Below, piece by piece: positions 8,288 to 16,572 of a stretch of 36,906 bases of DNA. The position numbers and the translations under genes were made by a program. The notes under the pieces were generated by a model. That model worked only from the letters and a program-made list of their open reading frames with translations. It ran no database searches and had not been told where the DNA came from. The stretch lies in the NCBI GenBank assembly GCA_025928015.1, contig JAICKJ010000002.1:1-36906 (forward strand). Direction: 5' to 3'. The stretch is from Thermomicrobiales bacterium. Lineage in GTDB: Bacteria; Chloroflexota; Chloroflexia; Thermomicrobiales; UBA6265. Position 1 is the first letter of the stretch, and each line of letters opens with the position of its first letter.

Positions 8288-8803
8288 ATGCGTCGGTCCG
8301 CGTTGGCCCTCTCCGCCCTCCTCGCCGTCGTCGCCTTGGCTCTGGGCGCCGGTCCACTCCCGCTCACGGCCCAGCCGGGCACTCCGCCGACCACCGCGCG
8401 CTTCGTCGGCACCTGGCTGGGCCACGACGTCGAGGACAGGTCCGCCCCGCCGTTCCAGCTGAGCTTGCTCGCCGACGGCGTCTGCCTCCAGGTCGACCCG
8501 TCCGCCGGCGATCACGCGGGTGTCTGGCGCCCGACCGGTCCCCGCACCTTCCAGCTCACCATCCAGCAAGCCTCCGACCGCGGTCTCGCCACCATCCGGG
8601 GCGCGGGAGAGGTCGCCGCCGACGGGCAGAGCTTCACCGTCGCCTACACGATCGAGTTCGCCCCCGTCGGTGGCACGAGCACGGGGCAGTACGGGCCAGG
8701 CCACATCACGGGGACGCGGCTGGCGGTCGAGCCGATGGGGACGCCGGTTGGGCCGCTCTCGGTGCTTAAGGGGCAGTTGGCGAAGCCCACCCCCGGCACC
8801 TGA
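8288..8803 (+). CDS. exported hypothetical protein (cleavable signal peptide)
   Basis: MRRSALALSALLAVVALALGAGPLPLTAQP is a Sec-type signal. The remainder is beta-rich with no motif I recognise. Strong RBS. Confidence 0.7.
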   Translation: MRRSALALSALLAVVALALGAGPLPLTAQPGTPPTTARFVGTWLGHDVEDRSAPPFQLSLLADGVCLQVDPSAGDHAGVWRPTGPRTFQLTIQQASDRGLATIRGAGEVAADGQSFTVAYTIEFAPVGGTSTGQYGPGHITGTRLAVEPMGTPVGPLSVLKGQLAKPTPGT

Positions 8804-9132
8804 TCCCCCACGGGACGCGCTCGGCGCACCGCGCCGCCGCCATCGGTCGAGCGCTGATCAGCGCTGAACGTGACACGCCACTTTGCGTGCGTCCAGAAGG
8901 ATTGCGGGCGGGGTGGTGGAGGTAATGGGAGTTACCTTTACCATCAGGGGATCGGCCAGACAGCTCGATGGGTGTCATCCGCCGCGGTCAATGACCTTGT
9001 TCTTCCGCGCTCGTTGGCACCCGCCCGAAGCGTTCTTCTGAGAACGCCGAGCTCCGGGACTTGCGTCCGCCTGGCATCCAGCCCGCCTGGCACCGCGCGT
9101 TCGCGGGCATTGGTCGCCTCGACCTCGACAGA

Positions 9133-9160
9133 TTGACTTTTGGGACAAGCGGCCTAGAGT
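9133..9160 (+). promoter_or_regulatory. sigma-70-like promoter candidate
   Basis: TTGACT (9133-9138), 16-nt spacer, TAGAGT (9155-9160). It would give a leader of about 175 nt before the hydrolase gene. Confidence 0.4.
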
Positions 9161-9342
9161 GGTGCTGGGACGCACGTGAGATCAAATGAACGTTGGCAGC
9201 TGAACGCGAGCCGCTCCGGAGGCGGGACTCTCCACAGACGCCACGAGCCGGCAATGGGAGTTGCCTCCCCGGCCCGAGCCATTCCTTCGCGAGGGTCGGC
9301 CTTGACGTGCCACCGCACGCGCTCCCGATCATCGCAGGAGCG

Positions 9343-10737
9343 ATGAAAGGTTCTCCGATGACCACGCCGCCCCCCCTGATCGCCCACCGCCTCTCACGCC
9401 GCACCCTCCTGCGGACCACATCCGTCGGCATCGCCGCGGCCGCCGGTCATGCGGCACCACTCCGGTCGACACTCGCGGCTGGAAGCGGGCATCCCGCGGC
9501 GAGCGTCACCCGGGTGTCGATGTCGGATGCGACGCCGGCGCCGGTGGCGGCGCTCGCGCAGACGCCGCTGGGCGATCAACTGGCCTGGTTCCTCGCCACC
9601 GTGAATGGCGGGGGAACGTCGCTCACCGACGCGGACATCGCTACGCACATCGCGCCAACGTTTCTGGCCGTCGTCCCCCCCGCGCAAGTCATTGGCTTCG
9701 TCAAAAGTCTCGCGGCGGGCTATGGCGCGCTCAAGCTCGAGGGAGTGACGCGTCCGCCGACCGCGACCCAGGCCGTTGCGTTGGTGACGGCCGCAGTGGG
9801 TCTGCAACTCGCCCTGCCGATCAGAGTGGAAGACGTCGCGCCCCACCGGATCACGGGGCTGAACGTCTATCCGGTGCCGTCCGCTGACGGGAAGCCGGTC
9901 CAGCCGGTGCCGAGCACCGGCGCAGGGAGCGCGGCGGCGGCACCCCTCGTCGCTATCGATGGTCGCCGGCTCTACCGCGAGGACGTGGGCACTGGCGCTC
10001 CGCCGGTCGTGCTGGAGGCCGGTCTGGGCGATTCCGCCGCTCCGTGGGCGGGGATCATCCCCGCCGTTGCCGCTTTCACTCGGGTGGTGAGCTACGACCG
10101 GCCCAATACCAGCGCCGGCGCTTCCGATCCGGCACCCACGCCCCGCACCGCGGCCGATGCCGTCGCCGATCTGCACGCCCTCCTGAGCAAGGCGGCCGTG
10201 CCGGGTCCGTACGTGCTTGTCGGCCACTCGGTGGGCGGGCTCTTCGTCCGGCTCTATGCCAGCACCTACCCTGACGAGGTAGCCGGGCTGGTGTTGGTCG
10301 ACGCCTCGCACGAAGATCAGGAGGAGCGACGGCGCGCCATGGTCTCGCCCGAGCTCTTCGCGGCCGAGCAGCAGGCCATCCAGGGCGGCAACCCCGAGGG
10401 GATCGACCTCGCCGCCAGCTTCGCGCAGGTGCGCGCGGCCCGCGCCAGCACGCCGCTGCGGCCGATGCCACTGGTCGTCCTCAGTGCCGGGGAGATCGAT
10501 CCCGCGCTCTTCCCGCCGGGTTGGCCGATGGCCACGGAGGCGCGGTTGTGGAACGAGCTCCAGGAGGACTTGGCCGGCCTCGTCCTCGGCGGCCGGCACA
10601 TCGTCGCGCAGAAGAGCAGTCACTACATCATGCAGAGCCAGCCCGACCTGGTGGCCGCGGCGATCCGCCATGTGGTTGCGGCGGTCCGCGATCCCACTTC
10701 CTGGGCGACGCCTCTTGCCGCGATCCCGCCACCTTAG
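9343..10737 (+). CDS. Tat-signal alpha/beta hydrolase with an N-terminal accessory (Cpe/LpqF-like) domain
   Basis: Twin-arginine signal HRLSRRTLLRTTSVGIAAAAGHAAP. The C-terminal alpha/beta fold has the nucleophile elbow VLVGHSVGG, plus VLVDASH and a C-terminal SSHYIMQSQP (His). ATG 9343 or 9358; the ORF-track start at 9193 is an upstream extension. Confidence 0.8.
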   Translation: MKGSPMTTPPPLIAHRLSRRTLLRTTSVGIAAAAGHAAPLRSTLAAGSGHPAASVTRVSMSDATPAPVAALAQTPLGDQLAWFLATVNGGGTSLTDADIATHIAPTFLAVVPPAQVIGFVKSLAAGYGALKLEGVTRPPTATQAVALVTAAVGLQLALPIRVEDVAPHRITGLNVYPVPSADGKPVQPVPSTGAGSAAAAPLVAIDGRRLYREDVGTGAPPVVLEAGLGDSAAPWAGIIPAVAAFTRVVSYDRPNTSAGASDPAPTPRTAADAVADLHALLSKAAVPGPYVLVGHSVGGLFVRLYASTYPDEVAGLVLVDASHEDQEERRRAMVSPELFAAEQQAIQGGNPEGIDLAASFAQVRAARASTPLRPMPLVVLSAGEIDPALFPPGWPMATEARLWNELQEDLAGLVLGGRHIVAQKSSHYIMQSQPDLVAAAIRHVVAAVRDPTSWATPLAAIPPP

Positions 10738-11121
10738 CGACTGGGGCAGTGGCGATCACGCCCATGCTGGCCACATCGTGTCTCATGCCACCTGAGCCGC
10801 CACTCTTCAGCTACGAGCCTCCCCTGCCACGGCCTTTCACCGCGGTGCCCCGTGGCGTTCTCCTGCGTTATTGACAACCGGCCTATAGTGGGGACCACAC
10901 GGGATCCCGAGGCGAACTGGTAGCCGATGTGGCGTGCCGTCGCGCGTCGCCCATCCGGCGAGCGATGTGACGAACCGTCTGGCACTGGCCGTGAGGCAAC
11001 CGTGAGTCGTCGCGGAGGACGAACGATCCTGAGTGATCGAATCGGTGCAGCTCGGGCGCGGCCTTTTATGGCGTGCTCGTCTGATGCACTTCGACCGGTG
11101 AGTCAGACAAGGAGCATGGTC

Positions 11122-11874
11122 ATGGACAACAGAGCAATCCGCCCGTCGCTGCGCCTGTCCGCTGCGCTGCTGCTCGTGGGACAACTCCTGTACATCATCA
11201 TCACGCAGTTCCATGCCGATGGCGAGGCCAACAACCATCCTGCCGTGTTCGCCGAATACGCCCGCAGTGGGAGCTGGAAGGCAGTGCACGTCGGCCAGTT
11301 CGCAGGCATGGCAATCTTGCTCGCGGGGCTGCTCGCCCTTTTCTTCGCCCTGGATACCCAGGATAGAACGGCGAGATGGGCGGGCCGATTCGGGGCCGCT
11401 GCGGCGGTGGCCGCGCTGGCGCTGTACGGCGCCCTCCAGGCGGTGGACGGGGTCGCAAACAAGGAGGCAGATGACGCGTGGGTGAGTGCCCCGGCCACCG
11501 AGAAGACAGCGCGCTTCGCAAGCGCCGAAGCCATCCGCTGGATCGAGTGGGGGATGAGGAGCTACCACAACTTCGCACTGGGTCTCGCGTTGCTCCTGTT
11601 TGCGGCCGCGGTCGTGCGGACGGCGTGGGTCCCCCAGCCGATCGCCTACCTGATCGGGCTCTCCGGCCTCACCTACCTGGTACAGGGTTGGGTAGTCGGC
11701 GCCGAGGGCTTCTCGCGAACGAATTCGATCGCCATCGTGGTGGCCTGGGTCCTGGACGTGGTGTGGATGATCTGGCTGGTCGTCGTCGCTTGGCGGATGC
11801 AGGATCTGGAGCCCCGTCCCCTGGCCGATGAAGGCTGGGGCCGCCCCGGCACCATCCACCCGTCGTCCCGCTGA
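11122..11874 (+). CDS. polytopic membrane protein of unknown function
   Basis: AAGGAG sits 7 nt upstream of ATG 11122. Several hydrophobic helices: LSAALLLVGQLLYIIITQF, AGMAILLAGLLALFFAL, AAAAVAALALYGAL, FALGLALLLFAAAVV, IAYLIGLSGLTYLV, IAIVVAWVLDVVWMIWLVVVAW. No family assigned. Confidence 0.7.
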   Translation: MDNRAIRPSLRLSAALLLVGQLLYIIITQFHADGEANNHPAVFAEYARSGSWKAVHVGQFAGMAILLAGLLALFFALDTQDRTARWAGRFGAAAAVAALALYGALQAVDGVANKEADDAWVSAPATEKTARFASAEAIRWIEWGMRSYHNFALGLALLLFAAAVVRTAWVPQPIAYLIGLSGLTYLVQGWVVGAEGFSRTNSIAIVVAWVLDVVWMIWLVVVAWRMQDLEPRPLADEGWGRPGTIHPSSR

Positions 11875-11920
11875 TGCCCGTCTATCGGGCCACGCAACAG
11901 ACAACAGGAAGGGCAAAGTC

Positions 11921-13225
11921 ATGAGCCGTGATGTCATGAGCCGCGATCGTGTTGCATGGTCGGACGCTAGACGCGCGGTCCGGTATCGTTTGGAGGCAGG
12001 TGGCGTCGAGTGGGAGATCGCTCCCGGCCGCACCGTCCGCGGTTACGGGTTCAACGGTCAGGTGCCCGGTCCCATCCTGGAAGCGAAGCAAGGCCTCCCG
12101 CTAGAGATCGAGTTCACGAACCGGCTGCCCGAGCCGACCGTGATTCACTGGCACGGCCTGCGGATTCCGGCGGCGATGGACGGCACCGAGGTCGTCCAGC
12201 GCCCCGTCCAGCCGGGAGAGACGTTCACGTACCGCTTCACGCCGCCCGACGCCGGCACGTTCTGGTATCACCCGCACGCCAATGAGACCGAGCAGTTGGA
12301 GAAGGGGCTCTACGGCGCGCTGATCGTCCGCGCCGCAGACGAATTGGCGCTCGACGGTGAAAAGATCCTTGTCTTCGACGATCTGCGCGTCGATAGAAGC
12401 GGACGGATCGCGAAGTTCGGCGGCCTGATGGACCGCCACAACGGCCGCGAAGGAAACGTGCGCCTGATCAACGGCACGTCCGAGCCGGAGTTCGCGATCG
12501 CGGCGGGACAGATCGAGCGGTGGCGCATCGTGAACGCGTCGAGCGCCCGGTACGTCCGCCTCTCCCTCGGCGGCCACCCATTCCAGATCATCGGTACCGA
12601 CGGCGGATTCATCGAGGCGCCCGTCCCGGCCGAGAAGGTGCTCCTGCCGCCGGGGGACCGCGTCGAACTTGCCGTCGGTCCGTTCGCGCAGGAAGGTGAC
12701 ATTGTCGGCATCGACGACCTGCCGTACTACCGTGGGACCGGGAAGAAGGGCGTCGAACGTTTCGGGACGATCCGCATCGGGCCCCGCAAGGCCTCCACCG
12801 CGCGCCTCCCGCCGCGCCTGCGCGAGATCGCGCCGCTCGTCACCGGGCCGACAAGCGTGACGCGAACCGTGACGTTAGGCTTCAGACCGAGTCTTCGCCG
12901 CGGGTTCGACTTCGTCATCGACGGCGAGCGCCATCATCACGACGAGCCGGTGAACGTCGGCGAGCTGCAGGTGTGGGACGTGGTCAACACGACGCAGATC
13001 GATCATCCGTTCCACCTGCACGGGTTCTTTTTCCAGGTCCTCGAGATCAACGGCCAGAAGCCGGCCTTCCGATCGCTGGAGGACGTCATCAACGTGCCCC
13101 CGAAAGGGACCGCCCGGATCGCGTGGTATCCCGATGACCGGCCCGGCATGTGGATGTACCACTGCCACATCCTCGAGCACCACGCGGCCGGCATGATGGC
13201 GCACTTCGAAGTGAAGCGGCCGTAG
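11921..13225 (+). CDS. multicopper oxidase (three-domain laccase/CueO-like), no recognisable signal peptide
   Basis: All four Cu-ligand motifs are present: HWHGLR, WYHPHAN, HPFHLHG and HCHILEHHAAGM. CAGGAAGGG lies upstream of ATG 11921. The conserved first cupredoxin domain starts about 20 aa after the start codon. Confidence 0.9.
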   Translation: MSRDVMSRDRVAWSDARRAVRYRLEAGGVEWEIAPGRTVRGYGFNGQVPGPILEAKQGLPLEIEFTNRLPEPTVIHWHGLRIPAAMDGTEVVQRPVQPGETFTYRFTPPDAGTFWYHPHANETEQLEKGLYGALIVRAADELALDGEKILVFDDLRVDRSGRIAKFGGLMDRHNGREGNVRLINGTSEPEFAIAAGQIERWRIVNASSARYVRLSLGGHPFQIIGTDGGFIEAPVPAEKVLLPPGDRVELAVGPFAQEGDIVGIDDLPYYRGTGKKGVERFGTIRIGPRKASTARLPPRLREIAPLVTGPTSVTRTVTLGFRPSLRRGFDFVIDGERHHHDEPVNVGELQVWDVVNTTQIDHPFHLHGFFFQVLEINGQKPAFRSLEDVINVPPKGTARIAWYPDDRPGMWMYHCHILEHHAAGMMAHFEVKRP

Positions 13226-13261
13226 CCGAAGGAAGCGCGGGGTGAAGCGGGAGATGCGAGC

Positions 13262-14992
13262 ATGACTGACGGTGATCGTCCGACGCAGGAAACGGCGCCC
13301 AGTCCGCCGGTCATGCTCGTCGTTGACGCCGATCAGGCGGCGCGGGTGGCCAGTCGGACAGGGCTGCACCGCCGCTTCGGGGCCGACTACGAGGTCTTGG
13401 CCGCCGACTCGGCCGAGACGGGGATCGCCGTCCTCCATGAGCTGGCGCACCAGGGGCGGGAGGTGGCGCTGGTCGCGGCTGATCTCGAGCTGCCCGGCTC
13501 CGGCGGGGTCGCCTTCCTGGAGCAGGCGCGGGATATCCACCGCCGCGCGTGGAGGGTCCTCTTGCTCGCCATGGACGAACGGGGTACGCGCATCCCCTTC
13601 GGCGCCCTGGAGGCGATCCAGCGCGCGACGGCACTGGGGCGAATCGATCTCTGGATCTTGAAGGGGTGGGGCGCCCCCGAAGAGATCGTCTATCCGCACA
13701 TCCAGGAAGCGCTCACGGCCTGGACCAAGGCCACCTACGCCCGCCACGAGGTCCTGCGTGTCGTCGGCGATCAATGGTCGCCGCGTAGCCATGAGCTGCG
13801 CGACCGGCTGGCGCGCAATACCGTTCCGTTCGGCTTCTACCCAGTGGACTCGGCGGCAGGGCGACGGCTGGTACAAGAGCACGGCGTCGACCGCACCCGC
13901 TTGCCGGCGGTCATTCTCCACAACGGGACGGTGCTGCACGACCCATCTTTCTCCGACGTGGCAGCTGCCCTTGGCGTTCACACGCGGCCCGCGGTTGGGG
14001 ACTACGATCTGGTTGTGTTGGGGGCGGGCCCCGCGGGGCTCGCCGCCGCCGTCAACGGCGCCTCAGAGGGGCTCCGCACCTTGGTTGTGGAGGCTGAGGC
14101 GGTCGGTGGGCAAGCCGGGACCAGTTCGCTGATCCGCAACTACCTGGGGTTCCCGCGCGGCCTCAGCGGCAGCGAGCTGGCCTTTCGCGCCTTCGAGCAG
14201 AATCTGCTCTTCGGGACCGAGTTCGTCTTTGCGCAGCGGGCGACGGGTCTGGCGGCGTCCGCCGACCGGCGCGTCGTGACGCTCGCTGACGGGGGCCAGG
14301 TGGCCGCCCGCGCGGTGATCGTGGCCACCGGCGTGACCTACCGCCGGCTCGGGATCCCGAAGCTGGAGCGCCTTACGGGCATGGGGGTCTTCTATGGCGC
14401 GGCCGGCGTCGAGGCGCCCGCGATGGTGGGAGAAGAGGTCTACGTCATCGGTGGGGCGAATTCCGCCGGGCAGGCGGCACTGCACCTGGCGAAGTTCGCC
14501 AAGCGGGTCACGCTCCTCGTCCGCGGCAACTCCCTGCAGGTGGGGATGTCCGACTACCTGGTCAAACAGATCGAGGCGACCCCGATCATCACAGTGCGGC
14601 TTCACACCCGCGTCGTCGACGGTCACGGCCAAGTCCGTCTTGAGGGTCTGACCCTGAAGGAGGATCAATTGGGCCGGGAAGAACAGGTGGCCGCGGCCGC
14701 GGTCTTCGTCATGATCGGCGCCGAACCCGGGACGGCATGGCTGCCGGACGCGATCCAGCGTGACCCGCATGGGTTCATCCTCACCGGTGGCGACATCTCC
14801 AGAGTGACCTGGCCGCTGGCGCGGCGGCCGTTGCCCATCGAGACGAGCTTGCCCGGCGTGTTCGCGGTCGGAGACGTCCGCGCCGGCTCCGTCAAACGCG
14901 TCGCCGGTGCCGTCGGGGAAGGTTCCGTCGCTTTGGGTGCGATCCATCGGTATCTGACCGACCCGGCGCCCGCCCCGGCGCGGGCCCCTTGA
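13262..14992 (+). CDS. receiver-like domain / thioredoxin-fold-like linker / thioredoxin-reductase-like FAD-NAD(P)H oxidoreductase fusion (contains no cysteine)
   Basis: N-terminal CheY-like segment (MLVVDADQ..., VALVAADLELPG, ILKGW). The middle segment has WSPRS where glutaredoxin/thioredoxin folds carry CxxC. The C-terminal TrxB-like module has DLVVLGAGPAGLAAA, VIGGANSAGQAAL and GVFAVGDV. The TrxB CxxC position reads GAAGVEAP. Confidence 0.85.
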   Translation: MTDGDRPTQETAPSPPVMLVVDADQAARVASRTGLHRRFGADYEVLAADSAETGIAVLHELAHQGREVALVAADLELPGSGGVAFLEQARDIHRRAWRVLLLAMDERGTRIPFGALEAIQRATALGRIDLWILKGWGAPEEIVYPHIQEALTAWTKATYARHEVLRVVGDQWSPRSHELRDRLARNTVPFGFYPVDSAAGRRLVQEHGVDRTRLPAVILHNGTVLHDPSFSDVAAALGVHTRPAVGDYDLVVLGAGPAGLAAAVNGASEGLRTLVVEAEAVGGQAGTSSLIRNYLGFPRGLSGSELAFRAFEQNLLFGTEFVFAQRATGLAASADRRVVTLADGGQVAARAVIVATGVTYRRLGIPKLERLTGMGVFYGAAGVEAPAMVGEEVYVIGGANSAGQAALHLAKFAKRVTLLVRGNSLQVGMSDYLVKQIEATPIITVRLHTRVVDGHGQVRLEGLTLKEDQLGREEQVAAAAVFVMIGAEPGTAWLPDAIQRDPHGFILTGGDISRVTWPLARRPLPIETSLPGVFAVGDVRAGSVKRVAGAVGEGSVALGAIHRYLTDPAPAPARAP

Positions 14993-15152
14993 GCCCTCAA
15001 GCTGCGATCCGCGGCTCGGTCGGGCCGGGTCAGCGGATCGGGCCGCGCATCGTGACGGATACCTGTCGCACAATGGAACAGTCGTGCGATAGGGCCCAGG
15101 CGGCGTGCCTCCTCACGAGAAGGGCTGGCTGCAATGGAGAGAATGGGAGGAC

Positions 15153-16313
15153 TCACTCTCCCATGGCGTCTGCCGGAACGCGCTCCTTGGCCAATGAGCG
15201 CAAGTACGCACCGGCGCGGCGTAAACCCTCAGCGAAGATGTCGGGACGCTGGCCGATGCCGATGCGTAGATACCCCTCATAACCGAAGACCGAGCCGGGC
15301 GCCAGCATCACCTTGGCCTCCCGCGCCAGGCCGTCGGCGACCTCCATTGAGGGCACATCCGTCGCCAGTTTCATCAGCGCCAGCAACCCGGCGACCGGCT
15401 CGGTCCAGGACGCGATGTCGGCGTTGGCCGCGAACCATTCCCGCGCGGTCTTGAGATTCGCGGCGATGATCTCGTCATTGCGGGCGAAGATGCGGTCACG
15501 GACGCGCACCGCCTCCAGCGCCAGCCGGTCGCTCAGCTTCGCCGGGCTGAGCGAGACATAATCGCGCATCGCCCAGGCTCGTTCGGCCAGCTCCGGACTC
15601 GCCGCGATCCACCCGATCCGCAGCCCCGGCAGACCGTAGGGTTTCGAGAATGTCCCCACGCTGATGCCACGTGGCGTCAGATCGACGACCGGCGTGGCCA
15701 TCGGCGGCCCGCCGGGATGGCGCAGGCCGCGATAGGCCTCGTCGGAGAGGATCATCGCGCCGCAATCGTCGGCGATGGCGATGATGTCGCGCAATTGCGC
15801 GTCGCTGAGCGAGGCACCGGTCGGGTTATGCGGACTGTTGATGACGATCAGCTTCGTCTCTGGCCGCACCAGCCGGCGCAGCTCCTTGATGTCAAACCGG
15901 AAGCCGGATTCCGGCGTCAGTCTCCATTCGCTCACCTCGCAGCCGATCGCGCGGGGGACGGAGAGGAGCTGTTGGTAAGCGGGCGCGACGATGACCGCGT
16001 GATCGCCGGGATTGAGCAACAGGTTGAAGAGAAGGAAGTTCGCCTCGATCGCCCCGGTTGTGACGAGGACGCCATCGGGATGGACGTTTGCATACGTCCC
16101 CGCCAACGCCTGCCGCAACGCCAGCGTGCCGCGCGCCTCGGAGTAACCAAGCGGTGTGTGGTGAAGATCCCGGGTGAGGGCGTCGGGAGCGGGGGAAAGC
16201 GCGAGTAGATCGTCGAGCGTCAGCGGCAGGATGCCGCTCTCGGCGATGTCGCACTCCACGTCGAGCTCCCAGGTCGTCATCCACCGTTCAAGACCAAACC
16301 GTTCGATTTTCAT
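15153..16313 (-). CDS. class I/II PLP-dependent aminotransferase
   Basis: MKIERFGLERW... The PLP-lysine motif is TFSKPYGLPGLRIGW, with NSPHNPTG upstream of it. ATG at 16313; the ORF-track start at 16343 adds 10 residues. Confidence 0.85.
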   Translation of the reverse strand: MKIERFGLERWMTTWELDVECDIAESGILPLTLDDLLALSPAPDALTRDLHHTPLGYSEARGTLALRQALAGTYANVHPDGVLVTTGAIEANFLLFNLLLNPGDHAVIVAPAYQQLLSVPRAIGCEVSEWRLTPESGFRFDIKELRRLVRPETKLIVINSPHNPTGASLSDAQLRDIIAIADDCGAMILSDEAYRGLRHPGGPPMATPVVDLTPRGISVGTFSKPYGLPGLRIGWIAASPELAERAWAMRDYVSLSPAKLSDRLALEAVRVRDRIFARNDEIIAANLKTAREWFAANADIASWTEPVAGLLALMKLATDVPSMEVADGLAREAKVMLAPGSVFGYEGYLRIGIGQRPDIFAEGLRRAGAYLRSLAKERVPADAMGE

Positions 16314-16502
16314 GCACGCTCCTGTTCGCGGGTTGTCGTCCAATCGAGCTCTTACACGCCGAAACCGTTATGCGGCGCACAGTCTTGCCGATGGTAGTAG
16401 GAGCGGGGATCGAACGCCTCCTCCCGATGCGGGCCACCAGCGGCCTTCCCGGCCCCGCAATGCGATTGGTCGGGTCATTGCGCCTAAGGCAACTTGTGCC
16501 CA

Positions 16503-16511
16503 TGGTACAAT
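16503..16511 (+). promoter_or_regulatory. extended -10 promoter candidate (TGgTACAAT) upstream of pckA
   Basis: CATGGTACAAT at 16501-16511: TG at 16503-16504 and TACAAT at 16506-16511. The -35 is weak. AAGGAGG RBS lies before ATG 16573. The same CATGGTACA core occurs upstream of hisG and comM. Confidence 0.4.
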
Positions 16512-16572
16512 GCGTGCGGATTGCACACTCGCGCCGAATTGAAGAGAGAGGACGATCGTCAAAGGAGGACTC

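Noticed and set aside
10871-10889. TTGACA followed by TATAGT as a complete promoter
   Set aside because: Only 7 nt separate the two hexamers, which is incompatible with sigma-70 spacing. I retain TATAGT only as a possible -10 without a good -35.
16398-16490. tRNA-like look of TGGTAGTAGGAGCGGGGATCGAACGCCTCC... (reverse-complement GTTCGATCC T-loop-like and terminal CCA)
   Set aside because: I could not build a cloverleaf. The putative T-stem arms (AGGCG / CCCGC) are not complementary, and no 5' acceptor strand matches the 3' end. At most it is a degraded relic, more likely chance.
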